From: Escherichia phage tuinn | Length of the DNA: 50,505 nt | Sequence record: MN850606.1 | Strand: one strand, 5' to 3' | Shown here: one piece after another, positions 1 through 10,216 of the stretch | Layout of the letters: each line of letters opens with the position of its first letter | Numbering within the stretch: the stretch's first letter is position 1 | The notes under the pieces: generated by a model | Told to the model about the DNA's origin: nothing | The model's input: the letters and a program-made list of their open reading frames with translations, nothing else | The model's database searches: none | Made by a program: the position numbers and the translations under genes

Positions 1-332
1 GCGGGAAGTATGAGCCAGCCGGAATTGTCCATAAAGGTGAATTTGTCATGACGAAGGAGGCGACGCAGCGTATCGGGGTAGGAAACTTGTACCGCATGAT
101 GCGAGGCTATGCTAACGGCGGCGTTGTTGGTAGTTCCGGCTATACTGGCGGTGGCGCTGTAACTGGTGGAGCACCTCAATTTAACATCGGCGGGATTGAT
201 GTTAGCATCACTAACGGAAACGATCCGAAGGGCATCGAAACTGGTGTTAAGATGATCTTTACTGATATGATTAAACGTTCCTGTATGCAGGGCGGCGAGG
301 TTTACGAATTTGTTATGAGCAAGCGAGGTTGA
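1..332 (+). CDS. tape measure protein, C-terminal segment (continues in frame from 48174..50505 across the window end)
   Basis: Frame open from position 1; codon phase matches the ORF leaving the window at 50505; Gly-rich C-terminus typical of lambda H-like tape measure proteins. Confidence 0.8.
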   Translation, partial: GKYEPAGIVHKGEFVMTKEATQRIGVGNLYRMMRGYANGGVVGSSGYTGGGAVTGGAPQFNIGGIDVSITNGNDPKGIETGVKMIFTDMIKRSCMQGGEVYEFVMSKRG

Positions 333-334
333 TA

Positions 335-685
335 ATGAAGCTGGATCAGTTTAAGTGGTGTACGCAGGTTCAGAATGGTGGCGGGGCCATGACGTCATCG
401 AATAACGATCGAGAGATTGCATTCGGTAACGGATACACACAGGTAGCATCTGGAGGTTTTAACACAATCCGGCGAGAGTTCAGCATTGTTTACGCTGGGC
501 TTGATTACAGAGATGTTGTCAAGTTCCTGAATGAGCACAGGCTAAAACCTTTCTTGTGGATCATGCCAGATGGAAGCCCTGGATTGTTTAGGGTGAAAAG
601 CGGTAGCGTCGGCCTTACTCCATTGTCGCCAACCGTTCAGGAAGTAAAAGCCACTTTTACGGAACAATTTACATCAATGCAGTAA
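335..685 (+). CDS. minor tail protein, lambda gpM-like
   Basis: ATG 335 with GAGG upstream; FGNGY and FLW motifs; position directly after tape measure. Confidence 0.7.
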   Translation: MKLDQFKWCTQVQNGGGAMTSSNNDREIAFGNGYTQVASGGFNTIRREFSIVYAGLDYRDVVKFLNEHRLKPFLWIMPDGSPGLFRVKSGSVGLTPLSPTVQEVKATFTEQFTSMQ

Positions 686-688
686 TTT

Positions 689-713
689 AAAGCCGCCTTT
701 GTGCGGCTTTTTT
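689..713 (+). terminator. rho-independent terminator after gpM-like gene
   Basis: Hairpin AAGCCGC-CTTTGT-GCGGCTT followed by T-run. Confidence 0.55.
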
Positions 714-747
714 CTTGATGTTACAATGAGCAAAAAGGAGGTAGAAA

Positions 748-1509
748 ATGGCTAATAAAGAATCAGGTAGAGTTGAATTTGAGAACTGCCTACAAAGTTT
801 GTACCCAGGCGAAATTATAACGCTTGTAGAGATTGACGGGACGAAGTTCGGAGCAAATATTTACCGATTTCACAATGAGAACATCTCTTATACTGCCGAA
901 GAATTAATGCAAGCGCAGCAAACCGGAATATTGCCGCCGAAAGATATTATTTTTCAGGGTGAGGTTTACGGAGCGCGGCCTTTCGGTGTGAGCGGTATTA
1001 ACTTCACAAGTAACGGCAGGGCAGATAAGCCTCAGCTTATAGTGTCAAACCTTGACAGCAGGGTGAGCGCCATGATCAGAAATTACAATGGCATGATGCA
1101 AGCAAAGGTGACTTTCTGGATAACGGCAAAGGAATTTATCGGAGAAGGCGGAGCAATCAAAGATGGCGCTTACAGAAAATTGGTTTATTACATTGAGCGC
1201 CCAAGCCAGTACAATAGAGAGATAGCGAAATTTGATCTAACATCGCCTTACGATATGGATGGACTGATGATCCCGCCGCGCATCACTCAAAGCGTTTGCT
1301 ATTGGGCGCAAAGGGGATGGTACAGGAGCGGAAAGGGTTGCTCTTATAACGGATCGGCAATGTTCGATAAAGACAATAAGCCAGTAACAGATCCATCACA
1401 AGACTATTGCGCCGGAACTGTAACGGCTTGCAAATTGAGGTTCGGTCAGCAAAACGAATTGGATTTCGGCGGTTGCGCGGTTGCTTCACTGCTACGGAGG
1501 AATCAATAA
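748..1509 (+). CDS. minor tail protein, lambda gpL-like
   Basis: AAGGAGG RBS; Cys-rich C-terminal region as in lambda L; synteny. Confidence 0.75.
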   Translation: MANKESGRVEFENCLQSLYPGEIITLVEIDGTKFGANIYRFHNENISYTAEELMQAQQTGILPPKDIIFQGEVYGARPFGVSGINFTSNGRADKPQLIVSNLDSRVSAMIRNYNGMMQAKVTFWITAKEFIGEGGAIKDGAYRKLVYYIERPSQYNREIAKFDLTSPYDMDGLMIPPRITQSVCYWAQRGWYRSGKGCSYNGSAMFDKDNKPVTDPSQDYCAGTVTACKLRFGQQNELDFGGCAVASLLRRNQ

Positions 1510-2240
1510 TGATTAGTGCAAAAATTAAACTTGAAATAATGCAGCACGTTAAAGAGGAATACCCTAAAGAGGCTTGCGGCGTCATAACTCAAAAGTCACG
1601 GGTACAGAAATATCACCGCATAACCAACGTGCATGACGATCCAGAAAATCATTTTGAAATGGACGCCGTAGAATACGCTGAATCGCTCGACAAAGGCGAA
1701 TTAATCGCGGTGGTGCATTCCCATTGCGGGGATGGTGCTAGCACGATACCGAGCGCGCACGACTCATGTATGTGCGATGAAATGGGTGTGTCGTGGATTA
1801 TAGTGTCATGGCCCGAAGGTGATATGAGAATTGTCGAGCCGCAGGAGAGGCCGCTTATCGGTCGCCCGTGGTCGCTGGGGTCGTTCGATTGCTGGGGTCT
1901 TATCATGGCATGGCATAAACAGCACGGAGTAGTATTGAATGACTTCCGAAAGCCTTACGAGTGGTGGAAGTCAGAATATGGTGAAAATCTTTACCAGGAT
2001 AATTATTTGAAAGAGGGATTTGTTGAAACTAACGATCCTCCAAAACCTGGTGATATGGTGATTATGCAGCTATCATCGCCAGTCTGGAATCATGCGGGGA
2101 TTTATTTGGGTAACAATCAGCTATTACATCATGCGTTTGGAAAGCTATCTCGCATTGACTTGTATTCTGGATGGTATCAGGAGCACACTGTAAAAATTTG
2201 CCGACATAAGGATCTGAAATATGACATTGAAAGTAATTAA
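1509..2240 (+). CDS. tail tip assembly protein, lambda gpK-like (JAB/MPN + NlpC/P60)
   Basis: JAMM motif HSHCGDGASTIPSAHD; C-terminal Cys/His NlpC-P60-like region; ATG 1509 overlaps gpL stop. Confidence 0.8.
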   Translation: MISAKIKLEIMQHVKEEYPKEACGVITQKSRVQKYHRITNVHDDPENHFEMDAVEYAESLDKGELIAVVHSHCGDGASTIPSAHDSCMCDEMGVSWIIVSWPEGDMRIVEPQERPLIGRPWSLGSFDCWGLIMAWHKQHGVVLNDFRKPYEWWKSEYGENLYQDNYLKEGFVETNDPPKPGDMVIMQLSSPVWNHAGIYLGNNQLLHHAFGKLSRIDLYSGWYQEHTVKICRHKDLKYDIESN

Positions 2241-2817
2241 GCTATCTGGTTCCCTGGGGCGTAGATTTGGCGTCTTTCACAAAATGGCGGTTGACTCATA
2301 CCCCGAAGCAATACGCGCGCTATCTTCCCAGGTTGAAGGGTTCAAAGACTACATGCAAAGCGAAGTAGGATCGCGCATGAAGTATGCTGTATTCGTTGAC
2401 GGTAAAAACGTTGGTCAGCATGATGAAAAATCATGGAAGTGCGCGCGAGAGGTTAGAATAATTCCCGTTCCAACTGGTTCTAAGTCCGGCGGCCTGTTCA
2501 ATGTTGTTTTTGGCGCTGTAATTATGGCTACTGCGTTCATTACTGGTGGTGCAAGCCTTGCGGCTATGGGCGCTTTTGCATCTTCCGCATTTATGATGGG
2601 TGGTGCTATCGCGCTGGGGGGTGTCATGCAAATGATTTCGCCGCAGCAGGGCGGAATGAAACTGCAAAGCCAATCAGCAGAAAACAGGCCTTCTTACGCT
2701 TTCGGCGGTGCAGTAAATACCACGGCGGCAGGTTATCCGGTTCCTTTGCCATATGGATATAGGACGGTAGGCGGCGCGATCTGGTCGGCTGGAAGCTACG
2801 CAGAAGATAAAGCATAA
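2221..2817 (+). CDS. tail assembly protein, lambda gpI-like
   Basis: Gly/Ala-rich hydrophobic C-terminus; position between K-like and J-like genes. Confidence 0.65.
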   Translation: MTLKVIKLSGSLGRRFGVFHKMAVDSYPEAIRALSSQVEGFKDYMQSEVGSRMKYAVFVDGKNVGQHDEKSWKCAREVRIIPVPTGSKSGGLFNVVFGAVIMATAFITGGASLAAMGAFASSAFMMGGAIALGGVMQMISPQQGGMKLQSQSAENRPSYAFGGAVNTTAAGYPVPLPYGYRTVGGAIWSAGSYAEDKA

Positions 2818-2823
2818 AAAAAT

Positions 2824-2846
2824 ACCCGCCTTGCGCGGGTTTTTTT
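2824..2846 (+). terminator. rho-independent terminator
   Basis: Hairpin ACCCGC-CTTG-CGCGGGT plus T7; a TATAAT (2854..2859) follows. Confidence 0.6.
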
Positions 2847-2895
2847 GTGCCTTTATAATGTGCAAACCAAGAAACAGCACAAAAGGTTAAAAGTC

Positions 2896-5800
2896 ATGGC
2901 TAAATATATGATAAGCGGCAGTAAGGGAGGCGGTCAAAAGCCCTACGTGCCAAAAGAGATGGAAGATAACCTGATCTCGATAAACAAGATTAAAGTTTTG
3001 CTGGCTGTATCTGATGGCGAGTGCGATCCAGATTTTACGTTGCGTGATCTTTATCTTGATGATGTTCCGGTTATTGCCAGCGATGGCACTGTTAACTACG
3101 AGGGAGTTACGGCTGAATATCGACCAGGCACGCAGACGCAAGATTACATCCAGGGTTTTACTGACACATCAAGTGAGGTTACAGTTGCCAGAGATATTAC
3201 CGGAGACAATCCTTATGTTATTTCTGTTACAAATAAAAATCTATCTGCGGTAAGAATAAAGATCCTGATGCCAGTAGGCATTAAAACAGAGGATAACGGC
3301 GATCTTGTTGGCGTAAGGGTTGAGTATGCCGTAGATATGGCTGTTGATGGCGGTTCTTATAGCGAGGTTATGAGAGATGTAATTGACGGCAAGACAAGAT
3401 CAGGATACGACCGCAGCAGAAGGATTGATCTTCCTAAGTTTGATGAGCGCGTTTTAATCCGAGTAAAGCGACTGACTCCAGACAGCACATCTTCAAAGGT
3501 GACTGATAAAATCAAGCTGCAAAGTTACGCTGAGGTTGTTGATGCAAAATTCCGCTATCCTCTGACTGGACTTGTATTCGTAGAATTTGACAGCGAATTG
3601 TTTCCTACGCAAATCCCTAACATTTCTATAAAAAAGAAATGGAAGATTATTAATGTGCCAAGCAACTATGATCCAATATCAAGAGAATATCACGGGTCAT
3701 GGGATGGGACTTTTAAAAAAGCGTGGTCAAATAATCCTGCTTGGGTTCTTTATGATCTGGTGACAAATCAGCGTTATGGGCTTGATCAGCGAGAGTTAGG
3801 AATACAGATCGACAAGTGGAGCTTATACGAGGCGGGCGTTTACTGCGATCAGAAAGTTCCAGACGGTAAAGGCGGCACTGAGCCTCGCTACCTATGCGAT
3901 GTGGTGATTCAGAATCAAGTTGAGGCTTATCAGCTAATCCGTGACATTTGCTCAATCTTTCGCGGAATGAGTTTTTGGAATGGTGAGAGCTTATCAATCG
4001 TGATTGATAAGCCGCGCGATCCATCATACGTGTTTACTAATGAAAACGTCATCAACGGTGATTTTCAGTACACAAACGCAAGCGAAAAAAGCATGTACAC
4101 GCAGTGTAACGTGACGTTTGACGACGAACAAAACATGTATCAGCAGGACGTAGAGGGGGTTTTTGATACTGAGGCGGCATTACGATTTGGATACAACCCA
4201 ACAAGCATTACAGCGATCGGGTGTACGCGCAGGAGCGAAGCGAATCGTCGCGGTCGTTGGGTTTTGAAAACAAACCTTAGAAGCACTACTGTAAACTTTG
4301 CTACCGGACTAGAGGGGATGATTCCATCAATAGGTGATGTTATTGCTATCGCTGATAATTTTCAGAGTAGCAACCTAACGTTAAACCTATCGGGCCGAGT
4401 AATGGAAGTTTCAGGGCTGCAGGTTTTCGTTCCGTTTAAGGTTGATGCTCGCCCTGGTGATTTTATTATCATCAACAAGCCGGACGGCAAGCCAGTTAAG
4501 CGCACGATCTCAAAGGTTAGCGCAGACGGAAAAACCATTGAGTTAAATATTGGATTTGGTTTTGATGTTAAGCCTGATACTGTTTTTGCGATTGACCGTA
4601 CTGATCTTGCGTTGCAGCAATACGTTGTGACAACCATCAGCAAGGGTGATGACGAAAACGAGTTTACCTATTCAATCACGGCTGTAGAGTACGATCCGAA
4701 CAAATACGACGAGATTGATTATGGAGTAAACATTGATGACAGACCGACTTCAATTGTTCAGCCTGACGTGATGGCAGCGCCTGAGAACGTTAAGATCTCA
4801 TCTTATTCTCGCGTCGTGCAGGGTGTTAGCGTTGAGACTATGGTTGTTTCATGGGATAAGGTTCCTTACGCATCGCTTTATGAAATGCAGTGGCGAAAAG
4901 GTGATGGTAACTGGCTGAATACGCCGCAGACCGCTAACAAAGAGATAGAGGTAGAAGGGATTTACTCTGGCAACTACCAAGTAAGGGTGAGATCCGTTTC
5001 TGCAAGCGGTAACGCTTCCCCGTGGTCAAAGATTGCAACCGCCACTCTGACAGGTAAAGTTGGCGAGCCAGGAGCGCCGATTAATCTTACGGCTTCTGAT
5101 AATGAAGTTTTTGGCATTCGTGTCAAATGGGGTATGCCGGAAGGATCAGGCGATACGGCTTACATTGAGCTTCACCAATCGCCAGACGGAACGGTTGAAA
5201 ACTCAAGTCTGCTTACGCTGATTCCATATCCTCAATATGAGTATTGGCATAGCACGTTACCAGCGGGGCAAGTTGTATGGTATAGAATCCGCAGCGTTGA
5301 CAGAATAGGCAACGTTTCAAGCTGGACTGACTTTGTTCGCGGCATGGCGTCAGATGACGTTGAATCTGTTTTGGGCGACATTCTGGACAAGATTTTTGAT
5401 ACAGAAGCTGGTCAAGAAATCAAAGAGAACGCCATAGACAGTGCCAATAAAATCAAAGACCAGGCGCAATCAATCATACAGAACGCGTTGGCAAATGATG
5501 CAGATGTGAAGTGGACGCGAGTGCAAAACGGAAAGCGCAAGGCTGAATATGGTCATGCTCTTGAGCTTATCGCCAATGAAACAGAAGCGCGCGTAACTCA
5601 AATCGAAGAGTTAAGGGCTTCAATTGATGGCGAGATAACATCAAGCATCAAGACAGTGCAGGAGGCAATTGCCACTGAATCAGAGACGCGAGCGACTCAA
5701 ATTCAGCAGCTTGATTCTAAATTCACAAAAGAAATCGACGGCGTGCGCAAGGATACTTCTGCAAGCATTAGCGATGTAAGGCAGACAATCACTAACGAGT

Positions 5801-6474
5801 CAGAAGCGCGCGCTCAGGCCGTTCAGCAGCTTGACGCTAAGTTCACGAAAGAGATAAACGACCTTGACGGAGTTATCAAAACAGAAGTCGAGGCTAACAT
5901 CTCAGAAGTGAAACAGGCGATCGCCAATGAGACAGAGGCAAGGGTTCAGGCTGACCAGGCATTAACAGCACGATTTGGCGACGTTGAATCTGCATTGGTT
6001 GAAAAGTTGGATTCTTGGGCGAGCGTTGATTCAGTTGGCGCTAAATACGCTATGAAACTTGGCCTTACTTACAAAGGCCAGCAATACAGCGCAGGAATGG
6101 TGATGCAGCTTTCGCAGGGTTCATCCGGCCTTATCTCGCAAATTTTGTTTGATGCTAACAGGTTCGCCATTATGACTAGCTCTACTGGAGGGACTTTTAC
6201 TTTGCCTTTCGTGGTTGAGAATAATCAGGTTTTCATTAATAGTCTTTTGGTGAAGAACGGTTCAATCACTAATGCGATGATTGGTAATGTGATTCAGTCA
6301 AACAACTTTGTTCAAAACCAGCAAGGATGGAGGCTTGATAAAAACGGAATCTTTGAGAATTACGGATCAACGCCAGGAGAAGGAGCTACTAAATTCACCA
6401 ATGAGGGATTGAAGGTAAAAGATGCAAACGGAGTATTGAGGGTTGAAGTCGGAAGGATTACCGGAAGCTGGTAA
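2896..6474 (+). CDS. central tail fibre / host specificity protein, lambda gpJ-like
   Basis: 1190-aa ORF; N-terminus aligns by eye with lambda J; central FN3-like region; four tandem coiled-coil repeats; start 2896 chosen over TTG 2845. Confidence 0.85.
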   Translation: MAKYMISGSKGGGQKPYVPKEMEDNLISINKIKVLLAVSDGECDPDFTLRDLYLDDVPVIASDGTVNYEGVTAEYRPGTQTQDYIQGFTDTSSEVTVARDITGDNPYVISVTNKNLSAVRIKILMPVGIKTEDNGDLVGVRVEYAVDMAVDGGSYSEVMRDVIDGKTRSGYDRSRRIDLPKFDERVLIRVKRLTPDSTSSKVTDKIKLQSYAEVVDAKFRYPLTGLVFVEFDSELFPTQIPNISIKKKWKIINVPSNYDPISREYHGSWDGTFKKAWSNNPAWVLYDLVTNQRYGLDQRELGIQIDKWSLYEAGVYCDQKVPDGKGGTEPRYLCDVVIQNQVEAYQLIRDICSIFRGMSFWNGESLSIVIDKPRDPSYVFTNENVINGDFQYTNASEKSMYTQCNVTFDDEQNMYQQDVEGVFDTEAALRFGYNPTSITAIGCTRRSEANRRGRWVLKTNLRSTTVNFATGLEGMIPSIGDVIAIADNFQSSNLTLNLSGRVMEVSGLQVFVPFKVDARPGDFIIINKPDGKPVKRTISKVSADGKTIELNIGFGFDVKPDTVFAIDRTDLALQQYVVTTISKGDDENEFTYSITAVEYDPNKYDEIDYGVNIDDRPTSIVQPDVMAAPENVKISSYSRVVQGVSVETMVVSWDKVPYASLYEMQWRKGDGNWLNTPQTANKEIEVEGIYSGNYQVRVRSVSASGNASPWSKIATATLTGKVGEPGAPINLTASDNEVFGIRVKWGMPEGSGDTAYIELHQSPDGTVENSSLLTLIPYPQYEYWHSTLPAGQVVWYRIRSVDRIGNVSSWTDFVRGMASDDVESVLGDILDKIFDTEAGQEIKENAIDSANKIKDQAQSIIQNALANDADVKWTRVQNGKRKAEYGHALELIANETEARVTQIEELRASIDGEITSSIKTVQEAIATESETRATQIQQLDSKFTKEIDGVRKDTSASISDVRQTITNESEARAQAVQQLDAKFTKEINDLDGVIKTEVEANISEVKQAIANETEARVQADQALTARFGDVESALVEKLDSWASVDSVGAKYAMKLGLTYKGQQYSAGMVMQLSQGSSGLISQILFDANRFAIMTSSTGGTFTLPFVVENNQVFINSLLVKNGSITNAMIGNVIQSNNFVQNQQGWRLDKNGIFENYGSTPGEGATKFTNEGLKVKDANGVLRVEVGRITGSW
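5569..5985 (+). repeat. four tandem ~84-bp (28-aa) repeats inside gpJ-like gene
   Basis: Protein repeats IANETEARVTQI.., IATESETRATQI.., ITNESEARAQAV.., IANETEARVQAD.. Confidence 0.6.
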
Positions 6475-6500
6475 AAAAGGGGGCATAGCCCCCTTTAATT
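6473..6500. terminator. bidirectional terminator between convergent genes
   Basis: GGGGG-CATAG-CCCCC hairpin flanked by A-run and T-run. Confidence 0.6.
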
Positions 6501-7115
6501 TTAATCATAGTGTGATGCATTTATAACCAAAACAGATGAAGCGGTGTAAATACCAACAGGTCCAGGAGTTTGTGCAACCTGCCTAGAAAAAGAGTAGATC
6601 CCGTTACCATACGCGGCAGCTTGAGACTCAAAAATCATGAATCCACCTAAAGCCGGATTAGGAACAGAGTTTAATGCTGTCAGTGATGGCATTATGGCGC
6701 AAGGATAGCCCATGTTAACATCAAATGCGATCCCGCTTACGCCTACTTGCTTTGCATCTAGCGGCCTCATTTTTCCATGATAAACCATTTCACCATGAGC
6801 ATTATAAAACGCTATGCCGTGACTACCTGGGGGAGTCACCATATTACTAAAAGCATAAACAATAACCTCACCCTGATTATCAGATCTATCAAGTCTTATT
6901 GCGTGCCTTCCACCATTGTTAAATTGCGTGAATGATATGTATGATTTAGCGGTCAATCTAACAAAGAAAAAACATACCCTATCAACAGGAATTGACGAAG
7001 TAAAAACGGTTCCGGTATTAGCAGATATTACGGCCCGATCAATTAGATTAACTGGAGTGAAATCTGGACTTAACCATAACGATCCGTCTGATTTTTTTAT
7101 ACTCATCCCGTACAT
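6501..7115 (-). CDS. hypothetical protein (convergent accessory gene after gpJ)
   Basis: ORF with GGGGGTGA RBS before ATG 7115; no recognisable motif. Confidence 0.4.
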   Translation of the reverse strand: MYGMSIKKSDGSLWLSPDFTPVNLIDRAVISANTGTVFTSSIPVDRVCFFFVRLTAKSYISFTQFNNGGRHAIRLDRSDNQGEVIVYAFSNMVTPPGSHGIAFYNAHGEMVYHGKMRPLDAKQVGVSGIAFDVNMGYPCAIMPSLTALNSVPNPALGGFMIFESQAAAYGNGIYSFSRQVAQTPGPVGIYTASSVLVINASHYD

Positions 7116-7117
7116 TA

Positions 7118-7396
7118 TCACCCCCAAAAAGTATATATATATCTTGAATCAGATCCAGAAAGCCCACTCCATGTAACGGTGTCGCCACTTACCCCTAAGT
7201 TTGGTGCGCCAGGGTCGCCACCACGCCAGGAATTCATGCCAACATATATTGCTTTCAATGATTTACCTGGCGGCCTGTTTTGGTAAGTCTTGCTACCTGA
7301 TGGATGAGTGAATTTATCAAGGAAGAAAACAGGCGTTAAAAGTCCTGTAACTTCCCTTCCTCGATCGTCATATATTGCATAACCATATTGCGCCAT
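7118..7396 (-). CDS. hypothetical protein
   Basis: ORF tightly coupled to the next gene; Gly/Ser-rich. Confidence 0.4.
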   Translation of the reverse strand: MAQYGYAIYDDRGREVTGLLTPVFFLDKFTHPSGSKTYQNRPPGKSLKAIYVGMNSWRGGDPGAPNLGVSGDTVTWSGLSGSDSRYIYTFWG

Positions 7397-7665
7397 TAAT
7401 TACACCTCAAATCAATAAATTTACTTTCATTTTGCCAACGGTTGATAAATTTAACTTCTTTATTGTCAACGCTCAACCTGTATTGCTTTTGGCTGAATCT
7501 GTTTTCGCGGACTGCATTAATTTTGACTTCATGGAATCCGTTAACAGGGAATGTTTTAACGTTAAATTTTGCCGTGCAATCGATCTCCTTGAAGTTGCCA
7601 GTAGGCGACGCTGCGCATCCTGTCAGAGCGGCTACAGTGGCGATAACTGCGATTAACTTTTTCAT
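7396..7665 (-). CDS. small lipoprotein, candidate Cor/Llp-like superinfection exclusion protein
   Basis: Signal peptide with lipobox LTGC; AAGGAG RBS; position after tail fibre genes as for cor in lambdoid phages. Confidence 0.55.
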   Translation of the reverse strand: MKKLIAVIATVAALTGCAASPTGNFKEIDCTAKFNVKTFPVNGFHEVKINAVRENRFSQKQYRLSVDNKEVKFINRWQNESKFIDLRCN

Positions 7666-7721
7666 CTTCAATACTCCTTAGTTGTTGTTGAATGCAACTA
7701 TACACGATCTTGGGCATCGCG

Positions 7722-7741
7722 TTTAGCAAAAAGTGCTATTT
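7722..7741 (-). promoter_or_regulatory. conserved motif copy, upstream of lipoprotein gene
   Basis: TTTAGCAAAAAGTGCTATTT on + strand; TATAGT on minus strand at 7697..7702. Confidence 0.6.
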
Positions 7742-8000
7742 GTTATTTTTTGTTTTCCGGTGTTATCGAATTTAAGACGGCGTAAATTTAGCGCAAAATT
7801 TAGACAACATAAGATCAATAAACAATCAATAAAATAGATATATACATATAAAATCAATAGTTTATTTATTTATGTATGTATATTTGTTTTTTCTTGTTAT
7901 CTGCGTTTCTTGTGGTTTTGGTTGTTTGTGGTGATTTTTCTTTCTGAGTATCTGTATGTGCCATCATTCATGTGTATGTATATAATCCGGCGTATCTGAG
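7741..8000 (+). repeat. non-coding regulatory region, copy A of a duplicated element
   Basis: Shares TTTTCCGGTGT, TTATTTATTTAT, GT-rich tract and GTATGTATATAATCCGGCG with 28436..28665. Confidence 0.55.
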
Positions 8001-8108
8001 AGAGCATGGGAACAAGAAAAATAACACACATTAATCATTAACTTATGAGTCAAATCTGTTTTCTTGCCATCTGAGAACGTTTAGAAAACAGAAAAAACAA
8101 AACAGCTA

Positions 8109-8136
8109 TTGACTAAATCAACCAAATGGCTACAAT
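8109..8136 (+). promoter_or_regulatory. sigma70-like promoter of recombination operon
   Basis: TTGACT, 16-nt spacer, TACAAT. Confidence 0.55.
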
Positions 8137-8166
8137 GCACGCATAAAGCAACAAGGAGCATTAAAG

Positions 8167-9222
8167 ATGAGTGATTTTAACGCCTACACTAGCGAAGAAA
8201 TGAGCAACGAGCTTTATCATGATCCTAACGCGTGGACGGCTGAATATGTCAGCGGTTCCAGCCTAGCGGAGATTTACAGCACTTGCCCGGCGTACTGGAA
8301 GTACAAGCCGCGCCAGGAAACTAAAGCACTTGTTTTCGGTACGCAGTCGCATACCAACTTTGAAAGCAAGGAGCTATTCGAAAAAACATATCGCCGCGCA
8401 CCGTCGCAGGATGATTTTAAAGATCTGATCACTAGTCAAACGGCGTTAGCATCAAAGCTGAAATCTTTTGGCCTGAAAGGTACAACGGGCAAACAATACC
8501 CTGAATTACTGGAAATGCTGTACAAGTGCGGCGAGGATCTCAATGTGTGGTGGCTTATCGAAATGATGGCAGAATGCCAGGCCGCAGCGGACGGAGTGCA
8601 GTTAATAGACGCTAAAGATTATGATGCCTGTGTAGCGATGCGGCGCGTACTTGAGGCCATACCGGAGCATAACGCTTGCATGAACAGCCCAACCGCGCAG
8701 CGTGAAATGTCAATATTTGGGATCATCAACGGCGTAAAAGTAAAAGTGCGTCTTGATCACGTTGACGTAAACAAGGATGTAAAGGCAACAATCATTAACG
8801 GTTACGACGAAGAAGGCAGGCCGATTTATGAAGAAGTCACCTATCCAGAAGCGGTGATTATCACTGACTACAAAACAACGGTTAGCGCAAATCCGGTTGA
8901 CTTCCAGCGCCTGGCTTACAATCACGGCTATTATCTTAAAATGGCTTTGCAACATGACTTATTCAAAAAGGCTTATCCAGACGAGGAAAGGCCAGTAATT
9001 GTAAGATTGCTTGCGCAGGAGAAGAAAGAGCCTTACTTGCCGCTTGCTTTCCGCATGAATATTGAGCAATTGAAGATCGGGCGCATCCAGTACATGAGCG
9101 TGATCAACAAGTTCAACGTTTGCCAGCAGTTAGACGAATGGCCTTCGTATGCAAACGGGCAACCGGAAATTGATCTTGATACTCCTGATTGGGTTCGTGC
9201 TCAATTCAGGCATTATCTTTGA
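8167..9222 (+). CDS. PD-(D/E)XK family recombination exonuclease
   Basis: RLDHVDV ... ITDYKT nuclease-like motifs; sits upstream of Erf and SSB. Confidence 0.55.
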   Translation: MSDFNAYTSEEMSNELYHDPNAWTAEYVSGSSLAEIYSTCPAYWKYKPRQETKALVFGTQSHTNFESKELFEKTYRRAPSQDDFKDLITSQTALASKLKSFGLKGTTGKQYPELLEMLYKCGEDLNVWWLIEMMAECQAAADGVQLIDAKDYDACVAMRRVLEAIPEHNACMNSPTAQREMSIFGIINGVKVKVRLDHVDVNKDVKATIINGYDEEGRPIYEEVTYPEAVIITDYKTTVSANPVDFQRLAYNHGYYLKMALQHDLFKKAYPDEERPVIVRLLAQEKKEPYLPLAFRMNIEQLKIGRIQYMSVINKFNVCQQLDEWPSYANGQPEIDLDTPDWVRAQFRHYL

Positions 9223-9297
9223 TAAACTAAACAAATAGCTAAACTTTTATAATGGTTGGTGATATAATTCGCCAACCAGATAACGGGAGAATGAGAA

Positions 9298-9555
9298 ATG
9301 ACAGACAAAGACAATGCCACATTATTGCATTTAGAACGATTCATTGATCGAGTAACCATTGCAATGAAAGAATTTATTAAGCCGATGAACATTAAAGAGT
9401 CGGAAGAAATGAAGACTTACATCAAGGACGTGGTTGCATCCATTGACAACGTTATCCTTGTTGCAACGATGAGCAAGGGAAACAAAGAGCGCGAGAGGTT
9501 GGTTGCTGAATCAACAGAAGAATTTATTAAAATGCTTGAAAGCGAGAAGGAATAA
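9298..9555 (+). CDS. hypothetical protein
   Basis: ORF between exonuclease and Erf; upstream AAATAGC + TATAAT + hairpin (9234..9277). Confidence 0.4.
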   Translation: MTDKDNATLLHLERFIDRVTIAMKEFIKPMNIKESEEMKTYIKDVVASIDNVILVATMSKGNKERERLVAESTEEFIKMLESEKE

Positions 9556-10212
<657 letters not shown>

Positions 10213-10216
10213 TAAA

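Noticed and set aside
1407-1509. N-terminal extensions from track starts (1407, 2845, 10205, 19316, 21412, 44757 or 45058, and others)
   Set aside because: Track starts are often alternative TTG/GTG codons far upstream; downstream ATG codons with Shine-Dalgarno sequences and overlap logic were preferred.
2887-4643. Minus-strand ORFs 2887..3141, 3713..4027, 4362..4643 and plus-strand 3014..3253
   Set aside because: Embedded in or antisense to the gpJ-like gene; no independent signals.
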